DNA of 64,000 bases from Candidatus Sulfotelmatobacter sp. (lineage in GTDB: Bacteria; Acidobacteriota; Terriglobia; Terriglobales; Acidobacteriaceae): assembly GCA_035945695.1 (NCBI GenBank), contig DASYZZ010000019.1, positions 23,813-87,812 of the forward strand, in the 5' to 3' direction. This document shows positions 10,701 through 19,463 of the stretch, piece by piece (the first letter of the stretch is position 1; each line of letters starts with the position of its first letter). A program made the translations under genes and the position numbers. The notes below the pieces were generated by a model. It saw only the letters and a program-made list of their open reading frames with translations, made no database searches and was not told the DNA's origin.

Positions 10701-11292
10701 CGTTGACGCTGACGTTGTTGTCGCCGCTCACCGCGGTCGGCTGTATGAAATCTCCCTGAATGCTCGACGCTCCCGGTGCCAGGGCGTACAGCGTGTACAT
10801 GCTTCGTCCGTTGGTCGGAAGATTGCTCACCTGGTTCGCGGTGATTACGTTGCTGATCTCGCCCGTATCCGTTTGCACCGCCACCGGATGCGCTTCCACG
10901 GTGACTGTCTGCGCCGTGTTGCCGATCTGCATCGTGAAGTCGACTCTCTCGCGCGCCCCTACCTGCAAGTTGATTCCCTGGCGCACGCCGGCCTTGAACC
11001 CGGTCGCTTCTGCGCGCACCGTGTAGGTGCCGATGTGCAGATCGGGAGCGATATATTGTCCGTTGCTTGCGGTATTCACTGTTGTGCTGATACCAGTATC
11101 GTTATTGGTAATCTTTACCACCGCGTTCGGAACCGTCGCTCCGCTCGGATCGGTAACCGTACCTAGAATCGTGGCTTCCTGCGCGATGGCAGCCACACTA
11201 AACAACAAAACACATACTGCAGACCAGGCCGCGGCGCGACGCGCGGACGTTCGTAGAAAAAAATGGGAAAAACGGAAAGGGAGGGTATTCAT
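7759..11292 (-). CDS. TonB-dependent outer-membrane receptor with N-terminal carboxypeptidase-regulatory-like domain
   Basis: 1177 aa. Signal peptide ...LLFSVAAIAQE. CarboxypepD_reg-like TILGTVTDPSGATVPNAVVKITNNDTGISTT...GTYTVRAEATGF. Plug-like region. Long beta-barrel ending in the aromatic terminus ...GASLYF. Confidence 0.9.
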   Translation of the reverse strand: MNTLPFRFSHFFLRTSARRAAAWSAVCVLLFSVAAIAQEATILGTVTDPSGATVPNAVVKITNNDTGISTTVNTASNGQYIAPDLHIGTYTVRAEATGFKAGVRQGINLQVGARERVDFTMQIGNTAQTVTVEAHPVAVQTDTGEISNVITANQVSNLPTNGRSMYTLYALAPGASSIQGDFIQPTAVSGDNNVSVNGQRPGHNLQLLDGGENLDRGGSSGSVAPSMEAIAEFRMDTSNYSAEYGMNGASTVTQVIKSGTKDFHANAWWFGRNDALDARNYFNPYPNPVAELRYNLYGFNAGGPVDFWKKEHKTFFFYNMEWRSLIVGQLLNQTVPLASEYPDAGGAGTGAVIPTSLPSATGSPTPNIITVPTGVAGFAANCPAPVRATLVPGAPFPANTIPDCAIDPNARLALTAGGKYGGIFPLPTTNTGQFIGGNNTPTNVREEIARIDHQFNNKFSIFGHWISEQISQQYGTTQWSGDNVPSISDTFNNPAYSAVLHLTHTISPTLLNEVAFNYDGNRIHITPLGLVSAPSGFTFNRLFKGPNLDNRIPSVNLSGVTGSQYTANWTPWNNAANDYQIRDDLSWQKGAHQLKFGFGWMLYTKSQSYFANTQGNFTFNGSFTGYDFADFLLGDAQQYTEDAVQATGQWNNVSYDAYVQDNWRATSRLSLNLGLRWDGMPHTYEANHQSSNFYPNLFNPAAAATFDAAGNICSGPTDPGCTGPSPGLGTSPNPILAGLSFYENGIGIGGVNGVPKGLVNNTWKNFGPRIGLAYDVFGTGKTVVRAGFGIMFDRIQGNDMYDGATNTPFDASPTLHNVSFSNPGLNLTAGTTISAANLPILPVNITGIQAQNYKLPTTYQFSAGMEQALGKRLVFGASYVGAQDRHEDYYQQINLPPVASLTGLVASGGAGINQLYNYKGFGAMRLAFNGENSHYNSLQLDLHGNVRQDLQVQVGYTLERAIDPNVGGPGNGGDLNNITNPYAGWRFDIGPSSYDRTNVFFTNFVYQLPFFRNAQNRFLKTAVGGWQLSGIITAESGAPINLGVSGNNVASVIQFAAGNRPNVTGPITYPKTVGAWFNQGVFSAPVPGAWGNLGFDALRGPGRDDWNLSLFKSFVISERRGSRFELRADAFNAWNHTQFKGDANNGGISLNYGASNFGAVTAAYDPREFQLGASLYF

Positions 11293-11531
11293 CTTGGGGA
11301 ACCTCCGGGAATTGCTTCCTCAGGTGGGCTGACTGCGTTACGGTGAGCGGATAGCTGAGCGGGTGCTATCGTATGTACATCCGGTTGAGATTCGTTGTCA
11401 AGAAAGAAAAACGTTTTTGTACTAAGGATTCTCCTTAATTGATTTCCGGCAACCCGGTCACCGCTCCCGGGCAACTAACGTGCGCGTTGTAACGCTGAGT
11501 AGATTTTTTATGCGCTGAATTCCGTAAGCGA

Positions 11532-11906
11532 TTGCCGCAACAATCGGCAGGCGTGAATGTTTCGTCTCCGTGCGAACGTCACCAGGCCCACCTCGACCGG
11601 ACTCTTGCAATTCCTGGGAGTGCACCTTTCGCGGAGCAAGAGCCTCGAAACCCCAAGGCGTTCACTCCCGATAAGCCTCTGCTCTACAAGTTCGCTCTGC
11701 CGAAGGTGTCATCTGTTCGTGTCTGGGCACAGAATCACGGTGTAGGTGCAGTCAAGCTCGTTTCCGATATACGACAGAAATCGCAGACGTTCGTGCCGAA
11801 TATCTTCTGGGCAAAGCCGGGCGATTACAAGAAAGCGGTCGAGAAGGTTTATCATTCGCCCGACGAGGCAAGCTTCATTGAGTTGCCGGTTGTGGTGATG
11901 AAGTAA
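11532..11906 (+). CDS. Hypothetical protein (weak)
   Basis: TTG-started 124-aa ORF just upstream of, and co-oriented with, 11932..13194. Only the C-terminal half looks protein-like. No recognisable motif. Confidence 0.3.
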   Translation: MPQQSAGVNVSSPCERHQAHLDRTLAIPGSAPFAEQEPRNPKAFTPDKPLLYKFALPKVSSVRVWAQNHGVGAVKLVSDIRQKSQTFVPNIFWAKPGDYKKAVEKVYHSPDEASFIELPVVVMK

Positions 11907-11931
11907 ACCCCGGCAGCTCATTACAATTCCC

Positions 11932-13194
11932 ATGCGAAATATCTTTCGGATGATTGCGGCAGTGTTGTTACTGGCGACACCCCTGTGCGCACAGGAGAAG
12001 CAGCTGTGGGTGCTGCGTGCACCGGGCGAGATGGTGGAGTACGATCCGGCAACATTCGCAGTCAAGCAGAGAGTCAAACTTCCCACGGACGCTCTGAAGT
12101 CGCCGGCAGCAATCGGAATAAATCGCGCCGGGCAAATCTTGTTTGCCCCTGCCCCTTCCTTCCCTCTTTCTGACGATGACATTAAAGCGCCGCACAAATT
12201 CTGGCTCTGGGACGGGCACACTGCGACAACGATTGACGAAGGCGTAAAGCACAACCTCGAAGAGACGGGATCAAATCAGGCGATCACGGAAGAAGCGCCG
12301 CTGGCGTATCTCTCCGCCGACGGAAAGCATCTCTACTGGTTTGCGAATCAGCCGCGCAAATTGGAGCGCGAGGGCGTCGATCTTTCGACCGAGATCACCT
12401 GGCAGGCCTGGCGCACCGATCTGAGCGGGGCTAATCGCGAAGAAGTCGCGTCGACCAAATTGCCCGAGTGCCGCTGCAAAACTGGAACCTGCGAGGACAC
12501 GTGCCCATCCGAGGTGGCGTGGGCTCCAGCCATTGGCATAGAAAATTTCTTCTTCGTTACCCAGTTCATTGCTGGACAAACAGGATCGATCTACAAGGCC
12601 ACTACGCGTTATCAGGAAGAAGCAGGCAAATGGGCATCGACCGATCTGCCTGAGCCGCTGCAAAGAATTTTGGACACGACTCCCGACGGGGCGACGGTCG
12701 TGGAAGCCATTCCCGACACCGGCTGCTGCGGATGGTCGAACCAGAGCGACGATCAGACGCTCGTGCTGAAGAACGGAAAAAAAATTGCGGCCTTCGATGA
12801 ACTGGCGACGTACAAGAATCCAGATTACGACGTCAGCTTTTTCACGCCCAGCGCGAAGCTTTCACCCGATGCGGATTCCATCGCGATGACAATCACCTCA
12901 ACCACGGCCGCGAACAAACCAATTCAACTCTCCGAACAAGGCCAGGCGAATCCGGAAGAGTCGGAGCGAATCCGCAAAGCCCTCGCAGACTTGCCCGCAG
13001 TCGTGGTGAAAAGTGTTGAAGATACTCCGCACCAAGTTGCGTTCGTGCCCCACGCGGTATTGGTAGGATGGATCACCGACAAAGAGTTGCTGGTGATTGA
13101 AGATCACCTGTTACTTGTTTACAACGTCGATCGGAAAACTAGACGAAGGACTACCGTTCGCGCGGAAGACTCTTCCTACGTCTTCCTGCGCTAG
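11932..13194 (+). CDS. Secreted hypothetical protein with Cys clusters
   Basis: Signal peptide MRNIFRMIAAVLLLATPLCAQE. Cys-rich patches CRCKTGTCEDTCPSE and DTGCCGWSNQSDD. No antisense competitor ORF of similar quality. Confidence 0.7.
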   Translation: MRNIFRMIAAVLLLATPLCAQEKQLWVLRAPGEMVEYDPATFAVKQRVKLPTDALKSPAAIGINRAGQILFAPAPSFPLSDDDIKAPHKFWLWDGHTATTIDEGVKHNLEETGSNQAITEEAPLAYLSADGKHLYWFANQPRKLEREGVDLSTEITWQAWRTDLSGANREEVASTKLPECRCKTGTCEDTCPSEVAWAPAIGIENFFFVTQFIAGQTGSIYKATTRYQEEAGKWASTDLPEPLQRILDTTPDGATVVEAIPDTGCCGWSNQSDDQTLVLKNGKKIAAFDELATYKNPDYDVSFFTPSAKLSPDADSIAMTITSTTAANKPIQLSEQGQANPEESERIRKALADLPAVVVKSVEDTPHQVAFVPHAVLVGWITDKELLVIEDHLLLVYNVDRKTRRRTTVRAEDSSYVFLR

Positions 13195-13253
13195 CGGTTG
13201 TGCCCCAGAGGCTAGATACCAGCGATCAGCGGCTTGAGTCGCTGCGGAACGAA

Positions 13254-13304
13254 CCACTATCCGCTATTCCCTGACCACCCCCTAACCTCTAGCCCCGACC
13301 CCCT
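13254..13304 (-). repeat. Second copy of the G-tract-rich 3-prime element, just downstream of the serine-hydrolase stop
   Basis: Plus strand CCACTATCCGCTATTCCCTGACCACCCCCTAACCTCTAGCCCCGACCCCCT. Core CCCCTAACCTCT(G/A)GCCCC is shared with 1174-1226. Confidence 0.5.
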
Positions 13305-13310
13305 GTCTTC

Positions 13311-14897
13311 TCACTTCTTCTCCGCGAGCGCCGGTTTCAGCAGCAGATCCTGATAATCAAAACTGAAATCCGCCAGCGGCGACACAGCAGCCATTTTCGC
13401 GCTATCGATCGACCCGTCCGGATTCAGCGAGAACGTGATGAATGCATCTTCAATCGTGTGCACTCGCCAGTGCGCTATGAAAGTGTCATGCTGCCAATGC
13501 TGCAGGTCTCCAATCATCATAGGCGTGTGATCGAACGAGATGACCAGCCCGCCATTTTCCATGCGGATGGTGATCGGCCCGTACCACGCATCGTTATAGA
13601 CGCCCGCATATTTTTCCAGAGGCAGCGACGGTTTGGAATTCGCATCGCGCCCACTCGCCGCTTTCGCCATCGTTTCGGCGGCGTCTTTCTCCTCTTTATC
13701 TTTCACCGCCTTGAATGCCGCGACCCAATCCGTCGGCGGAAGCTGCATGTAGTAATCGAGCACGTGATAGAGAATCGAATCGAAAGCGCCCCCTTCTTCG
13801 GCGTTGGTGAGGATCACGACGCCAAGATTTTCTTCCGGCACCAGCATTACGCGCGAGACGAATCCACCCACGCCACCCGTATGTCCGACCAGCTTCCGGC
13901 CGTGATAATCGCGCAATCCCCAGCCCAGCGCGTAGTCGGCGAAGTTCGCTCTAAGCCCGGCGAGCGGAGCCGGCGGATCACTGATCGGCAGAATCGTCTG
14001 CGGCGACCACATTTCTTTCTGGCGCTGCTCGGCAAAAAGCTGGCCCGGACGGTCGACGAACTTGCCATGATTCAGTTGCAACTGCACCCATTTCGCCATA
14101 TCCGCCGCGCACGAGTTAATCGACCCAGCGGGTCCGGCATTGTCGAGATCCTCGAATGGAATCACCTGCAGCTTGCCGTCGACCCGCGAATGAGGATACG
14201 CATAATCGCCGCCCGGCTTGTAGAGCGTCGTGCTCGTGTTGGAATGATTCATTCCGAGCGGGGCGAAGATGCGTTCGCGAATGTAGTCGTCCCACGACGT
14301 GCCGGTGACCGCCGGAATGATCTGCCCGGCCGTCATGTAGAGCAGATTGTCATACGCATAATGACTACGGAAGCTGGAATGCGGCTTCATGAAGCGCAGC
14401 TTGTAAATCACGTCCGCGCGCGAGTAGGTGGAATGCGGCCAGAACAGCAGGTCCCCTTCGCCCAGCCCCATGCCGCTGCGGTGCGTAAGCAGATCGCGGA
14501 TCGCCATCTCGTGCGAAACGTACGGATCGTACATGACGAATCCCGGCAGCCGCTGATACACGGGATCATCCCACGAGAGCTTGCCCGCATCGACCAGTGT
14601 GGCGAGCGCTGCAGTGGTGAACGCCTTGGTATTCGAGCCGATGCCAAACGTGGTGAACTCATCCACCGGAGTAGGGTCACCGAGTTTGCGGACGCCGTAA
14701 CCTTTCGCGGCGAGAATCTTGCCGTCTTTCACAATCGCAACGCCCATGCCCGGCACATCGAAGGTCTTCATTGAGCGTCCCACGTAAGCGTCGAGATCGG
14801 GCGGCAGAGTCGGCGAAGACTGCGCCCACGCACAAATCGATAGAGTCGCCACAACTGCCGAAATTACGGAAATCTTCAGGTGCCTTGAAAGCATCAA
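13311..14897 (-). CDS. Serine hydrolase, class-C beta-lactamase/PBP family, with C-terminal extension
   Basis: Signal peptide. S-x-x-K (GIGSNTKAF), Y-x-N (YAYDNLLY), H-T-G (LVGHTGGVGGF). 528 aa. Confidence 0.88.
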   Translation of the reverse strand: MMLSRHLKISVISAVVATLSICAWAQSSPTLPPDLDAYVGRSMKTFDVPGMGVAIVKDGKILAAKGYGVRKLGDPTPVDEFTTFGIGSNTKAFTTAALATLVDAGKLSWDDPVYQRLPGFVMYDPYVSHEMAIRDLLTHRSGMGLGEGDLLFWPHSTYSRADVIYKLRFMKPHSSFRSHYAYDNLLYMTAGQIIPAVTGTSWDDYIRERIFAPLGMNHSNTSTTLYKPGGDYAYPHSRVDGKLQVIPFEDLDNAGPAGSINSCAADMAKWVQLQLNHGKFVDRPGQLFAEQRQKEMWSPQTILPISDPPAPLAGLRANFADYALGWGLRDYHGRKLVGHTGGVGGFVSRVMLVPEENLGVVILTNAEEGGAFDSILYHVLDYYMQLPPTDWVAAFKAVKDKEEKDAAETMAKAASGRDANSKPSLPLEKYAGVYNDAWYGPITIRMENGGLVISFDHTPMMIGDLQHWQHDTFIAHWRVHTIEDAFITFSLNPDGSIDSAKMAAVSPLADFSFDYQDLLLKPALAEKK

Positions 14898-15010
14898 GTC
14901 TCCTCACGGTTCGTAAAATTTGCTGGCGAAGAAAATAGTCGCGGAAATTAAACCACAGAAACGCAGATTTTTCAGGTGGGTGCGTACACCACCGAAGACA
15001 TTCAACGAAC

Positions 15011-15045
15011 GGCGTAGTGGCCCCGCCCGCAGAGACCACTACGCC
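15011..15045 (-). terminator. 10-bp stem hairpin 9 nt downstream of the small ORF stop
   Basis: GGCGTAGTGG (15011-15020) pairs with CCACTACGCC (15036-15045) around a 15-nt loop. No U-tract follows, so intrinsic-terminator status is uncertain. Confidence 0.35.
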
Positions 15046-15053
15046 GGTTGCAC

Positions 15054-15227
15054 TCAGTTCATTCGATTCGAAAAGACAGCGTTCAGGTAATCGAGGATGT
15101 AATCGACTTCCAGTTCGCAACCAATCAGCGAAACCACCTGAGAAGGAGTAAGTCCCGTCCGGAACGAAACCTGTTCGATCAGTTCCGCCCGGGAGAGTTC
15201 CAGTAATGGATCGTGATAAACAATCAT
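15054..15227 (-). CDS. Small hypothetical protein (57 aa, below the track cutoff)
   Basis: My translation: MIVYHDPLLELSRAELIEQVSFRTGLTPSQVVSLIGCELEVDYILDYLNAVFSNRMN. Followed by the hairpin at 15011-15045. Confidence 0.3.
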   Translation of the reverse strand: MIVYHDPLLELSRAELIEQVSFRTGLTPSQVVSLIGCELEVDYILDYLNAVFSNRMN

Positions 15228-15315
15228 GCCGGCTCCTTGGAATTCGCAATGGGGAATGAGCTTTCGCGGTCAGCGATCGCGAAGCGGCGTGCCGCAGATG
15301 ACGAAGAGAGTGTGC

Positions 15316-15615
15316 CTAACAGCGAATGGAGCGGAGAAGAATCGGGCGGAAATTCGGAGGTATGCTGGCGCTGGATGCCCAGCCCGGCAGTTGGAATCGT
15401 AAAGCGTGATCCAAATTCGGCGTTGGAGAAGCGACTGCTATGTTTACCGAATTAGGTGCTCTCGTCGCATGCGCATGCACGACTACGGGAGCCGTGCCGC
15501 CATGAAATGCAATGTCCGGAAGATCGACGTCAGGTAACACGACGATCAGCAGCATCAGGAAAATAACGCCAACCAGGATCAGCAGCGCCGGCGTTTTGAT
15601 CTTCCATCGCGACAT
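15316..15615 (-). CDS. Small membrane-anchored hypothetical protein
   Basis: One clear N-terminal TM (ALLILVGVIFLMLLIVVL), then PDVDLPDIAFHGGTAPVVVHAH. No known domain. Confidence 0.4.
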   Translation of the reverse strand: MSRWKIKTPALLILVGVIFLMLLIVVLPDVDLPDIAFHGGTAPVVVHAHATRAPNSVNIAVASPTPNLDHALRFQLPGWASSASIPPNFRPILLRSIRC

Positions 15616-15781
15616 AGCGTCTTTCTCTTTTGCCAGAGGTCCGTCAGCCTGTCAACCGAAAAACTACGCCTGATAGAACTCTGACATAACATTCTGTAGC
15701 GTGACGGCAAGACGGTCCAGGTTGCCAAGGGCACCCCGCTGTTTCGGGAGCACTTGAAAGCGGCTGTACAAACGGCGACGG

Positions 15782-16675
15782 TTGGGTATACAAACTCTGA
15801 AAGCGGTGCGCAACCGGTACTTCGGGGGACCCGGGCCTTTGTACGTCAAGCCGAAAACTTTGCAGGAAGCTGTTTCTGTGCTGGCTTCGTCCGGCGGTCA
15901 GGTTCTGGCCGGCGGGACCGACTTCTATCCTGCCTTCGGAGAGCGCCTGCCCGCAGGCGACGTCGTCGACATTAGCTCTGTGCGTGAAATGCGCGGGATA
16001 TCCTTTGAACCCGACTGGGTCCGCATCGGTGCGCTCACCACTTGGACCGACGTGGTCCGAACTCCCTTGCCTCGATGTTTCGACGGCCTCAAGGCGGCAG
16101 GGCGTGAAATCGGTTCGGTGCAGATTCAGAACCGCGGGACCGTCGCCGGTAACTTGTGCAACGCATCCCCTGCGGCTGACGGAGTGCCCCCGTTGCTCGC
16201 GCTGGATGCGGAGGTCGAACTCACTTCAGCGAACGACACGCGGCGGATGCAGCTCGATCGATTCATCACGGGCAATCGAAAAACTGTGAAGAGACCGGAA
16301 GAAATTCTGACCGCCGTCCTCGTGCCGCGAACCGCAGAGGATGCGGCCTCCACATTCCTGAAACTCGGCGCGCGCAGATATCTTGTCATTTCAATTTCGA
16401 TGGTCGCGGTTGTCTTACAAAAAGACCACGCCGGCCAGATCGCGCAGGCGCGTGTTGCGGTCGGATCGTGCTCGGCGGTCGCGCGGCGACTGACCGATCT
16501 GGAAAAGAATCTGCTTGGCCGGCCCGCGAAAACTGGCATTTCAGAGTTCATCACTCCGGCGCATCTTTCGCCCCTGTCTCCAATCGACGATGTGCGGGCC
16601 ACGGCTTCATATCGGCGCGACGCATCGTTGACTCTGGTCCGGCGTGGACTCGAAGCCTGCGCGAGGAGCCTCTGA
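15782..16675 (+). CDS. Xanthine-dehydrogenase-family FAD-binding (CoxM-like) subunit
   Basis: KPKTLQEAVSVLASSGGQVLAGGTDFYP (FAD_binding_5 signature) and GSVQIQNRGTVAGNLCNASPAAD. The start is ambiguous: TTG 15782 or in-frame GTG 15806. Confidence 0.85.
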   Translation: MGIQTLKAVRNRYFGGPGPLYVKPKTLQEAVSVLASSGGQVLAGGTDFYPAFGERLPAGDVVDISSVREMRGISFEPDWVRIGALTTWTDVVRTPLPRCFDGLKAAGREIGSVQIQNRGTVAGNLCNASPAADGVPPLLALDAEVELTSANDTRRMQLDRFITGNRKTVKRPEEILTAVLVPRTAEDAASTFLKLGARRYLVISISMVAVVLQKDHAGQIAQARVAVGSCSAVARRLTDLEKNLLGRPAKTGISEFITPAHLSPLSPIDDVRATASYRRDASLTLVRRGLEACARSL

Positions 16676-16676
16676 C

Positions 16677-19463
16677 GTGGCCGAGATCCAGAACATTCCG
16701 ATCCAGGCTGGCGCCGAATTGATTTTGTTCTCGGTCAACGGGCATCGCGCTGAAGTGACCGCTTCTGACGCGCGGAGACTGTCGAGAGTCCTGCGCGAGG
16801 ATCTCGGCCTGACCGGAACCAAAGTTGGATGCGACGCCGGCGACTGCGGCGCTTGCACCGTGCTTCTGAATGGCGATCCGGTGTGCTCGTGCCTGGTGGC
16901 CGCGGGACAAGTCGCCGGATGCGAAATCACCACCGTAGAAGGACTGGCGAATCGATCTCCGCTGACGGGACGATTGCAGAAATCTTTTTTGTCGCAGGGA
17001 GCGGCACAGTGCGGAGCCTGCACTCCGGGAATGCTTGTTGCCGCCACTTCCCTGCTCGAAAGGAATCCACATCCGAGTGAAACCGAAGTGTTGGATGCGA
17101 TCGGTGGCGTGTTGTGCCGCTGTACCGGATATCGCAAGATCGTCACCGCGATCCTGAACGTCGATACGGAAACAGGGTCGTGTTCTCCGGACGCCGGAGC
17201 AGCGGTTGGGACACGTTTAGTACGACTCGACGGACAGAAGAAAATAGATGGCAGAGAAATCTTCGGAGCCGACGAGATTCCGGCAGGAACGTTGGGAGCG
17301 CGGGCGATCCGCAGTCCGCATCACCGCGCTCGTTTTGAGTTTGGCGATCTGAAGCAATTCGTGGCTTCGCATCCCGGCGTCGAACTTGTCCTTACGGCGC
17401 GAGACGTTCCGGGCGTCGATTGCTACGGCGTCATCCCCAGATTCGCCGATCAGCCGGTATTCGCGCATCGTGAGGCACGCTACCGCGGCGAGGCGGTCGC
17501 CGCGGTCGTGGGCGAAGCGGAGGCGCTGGAAGCACTCGATATTTTTGAGTTTCCCGTGAAGTGGGAAACGTTACCCGCTACTCAGACAATCGAAGAAGCT
17601 CTCGCCGATGACGCCGAGCCAATTCACGGCAATCGTAAGCAGAACGTGCTGGTGCGTGGTCGCGTCGTCTGCGGCGATGTCGATCACGCGCTCGCTAGTG
17701 CTGATGTTGTTGTGGAAGGCGAATACGAGACGGGATTCGTCGAGCACGCCTACATCGAGCCCGAAGCCGGTTTCGCACGCAGAGTCGGCGACACGATTGA
17801 GATTCAGGCATGCACGCAATCTCCGTACATGGACCGGGCGGACATCGCGAAGATACTCGGGATCGATCAGGAGAAAGTTCGAATCATCCCGACTGCGGTC
17901 GGGGGCGGATTCGGGTCGAAGCTGGACCTGTCGGTACAGCCGTTCATTGCGCTGGCGGCGTGGAAATTGAATCGCCCGGTGCGGATGGTGTACTCCCGAA
18001 CCGAATCCATCATCTCGACGACGAAACGGCATCCGGCAAAGATGAAGCTGCGCACCGGAGCAATGCGCGATGGGCAGATCACCGCGCTCGATTTCACGGC
18101 TGACTTCAACACGGGCGCGTACTCTTCGTGGGGACCGACGGTCGCCGGGCGCGTCCCGGTGCATGCGTCGGGTCCGTACCGCGTTCCGAATTATCGGGCG
18201 TTGACTCGCGCTGTGCACACCAACATTGTTCCCGCGGGAGCGTTTCGCGGATTCGGCGTGCCACAGGCGGCGATCGCGCAGGAACAGATTTATGACGAAC
18301 TGGCCGACCGCATTGGAATGGATCGTCTGGAGTTTCGCATCCTGAACGCGCTCGAAAACAACTCGCCGACGGTGACGGGCCAAGTGTTAGGTGAGGGCGT
18401 CGGTATTCGCGCCTGCTTTGAAGCATTGCGGCCGAACTGGAAAGCGACGCGCGAAGGTGCGGCGGAGTTCAACGCACGTAAAGAAGGACCGTTGCGCCGC
18501 GGCGTGGGAGTCGCGGGAATGTGGTACGGATGCGGCAACACATCATTGCCGAATCCGTCGACGGTGCGCATTGGACTGAAGCGCGATGGCAGAATCGCGT
18601 TGCATCAGGGAGCGGTCGATATCGGCCAAGGCTCGAACACGATCGTGACGCAGATCTGCGCGGACGCACTCGGAGCGCCGATCTCGCAGTTCGACCTCGT
18701 TTCAGGCGATACGGCCATCACGCCGGATTGCGGTAAGACATCGGCTTCGCGCCAGACATTTGTAACCGGCAAAGCGGCGCACATGGCTGGGAGCAAGCTG
18801 CGCGAGGGAATTCTAAAACTCGCGGGATCCTGCAAGTGCGGCTCGATTCAATTCGAAGACGGCAGTATCAGCGTTAGTGAAAAGGGAAAAGTTAATCCCA
18901 TTTCGCTTCAAAATTTGCCGCTCGACAAGTTTGGATATGTGATCACTTGTGAGGCGACATTCGATCCGCCAATTACGCCGCTCGATGAAAATGGCCAGGG
19001 AAATCCGTACGCGGTTTATGGATTCGGCGCCCACATGGCAGAGATCGAAGTGGACATCGAACTTGGAACCGTGCGCGTGCTGAAGGTTACCGCGGCGCAC
19101 GATGTTGGGCGCGCGATCAATCCGATGTTGATCGAAGGGCAGATTGAAGGTGGCGTTGCTCAGGGACTCGGCATGGCCTTGATGGAAGAATTCTTCCCCG
19201 GCAAGGGCGAGAATCTCCACGACTATCTGATTCCCTCGGCGGGAGATGTTCCTCCGATCGAATCGATTTTGATCGAAGATCCATCTTCGATCGGGCCCTT
19301 CGGCGCAAAAGGAATTGGAGAGCAAGCCGTGATCCCAACCGCGCCGGCGATTCTCAACGCGATTCACGATGCGGTCGGCGTGCGTATCCACCGAGTGCCA
19401 GCCACGCCCGATCGCGTGCGAGCAGCAATTCTCTCGAAAGCAACCGGAGGCGCGCGTGGCTGA
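16677..19463 (+). CDS. Xanthine-dehydrogenase-family fused [2Fe-2S] (CoxS-like) plus molybdopterin-binding (CoxL-like) subunit
   Basis: N-terminus: GCDAGDCGACTV...CSC and QCGACTPGM...CRCTGY (two 2Fe-2S motifs). The rest: PTAVGGGFGSKLD, AFRGFGVPQA, GAKGIGEQAV (Moco-hydroxylase motifs). I prefer GTG 16677, 1 nt after the upstream TGA (16673-16675), over the track start 16644. Confidence 0.9.
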   Translation: MAEIQNIPIQAGAELILFSVNGHRAEVTASDARRLSRVLREDLGLTGTKVGCDAGDCGACTVLLNGDPVCSCLVAAGQVAGCEITTVEGLANRSPLTGRLQKSFLSQGAAQCGACTPGMLVAATSLLERNPHPSETEVLDAIGGVLCRCTGYRKIVTAILNVDTETGSCSPDAGAAVGTRLVRLDGQKKIDGREIFGADEIPAGTLGARAIRSPHHRARFEFGDLKQFVASHPGVELVLTARDVPGVDCYGVIPRFADQPVFAHREARYRGEAVAAVVGEAEALEALDIFEFPVKWETLPATQTIEEALADDAEPIHGNRKQNVLVRGRVVCGDVDHALASADVVVEGEYETGFVEHAYIEPEAGFARRVGDTIEIQACTQSPYMDRADIAKILGIDQEKVRIIPTAVGGGFGSKLDLSVQPFIALAAWKLNRPVRMVYSRTESIISTTKRHPAKMKLRTGAMRDGQITALDFTADFNTGAYSSWGPTVAGRVPVHASGPYRVPNYRALTRAVHTNIVPAGAFRGFGVPQAAIAQEQIYDELADRIGMDRLEFRILNALENNSPTVTGQVLGEGVGIRACFEALRPNWKATREGAAEFNARKEGPLRRGVGVAGMWYGCGNTSLPNPSTVRIGLKRDGRIALHQGAVDIGQGSNTIVTQICADALGAPISQFDLVSGDTAITPDCGKTSASRQTFVTGKAAHMAGSKLREGILKLAGSCKCGSIQFEDGSISVSEKGKVNPISLQNLPLDKFGYVITCEATFDPPITPLDENGQGNPYAVYGFGAHMAEIEVDIELGTVRVLKVTAAHDVGRAINPMLIEGQIEGGVAQGLGMALMEEFFPGKGENLHDYLIPSAGDVPPIESILIEDPSSIGPFGAKGIGEQAVIPTAPAILNAIHDAVGVRIHRVPATPDRVRAAILSKATGGARG

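Noticed and set aside
13458-14774. Long antisense or shadow ORFs inside well-supported genes. Examples: 13458..14774(+), 19354..20211(-), 21694..22590(-), 22370..23230(-), 23398..24273(+), 28992..30041(-), 30685..31659(-), 32110..33081(-), 34860..35777(-), 42737..43723(-), 45197..46297(-), 56121..56984(+).
   Set aside because: Each lies opposite a gene with clear family motifs. Their translations are Arg/Pro/His/Gly-rich low-complexity strings, typical of the non-coding frames of high-GC DNA.
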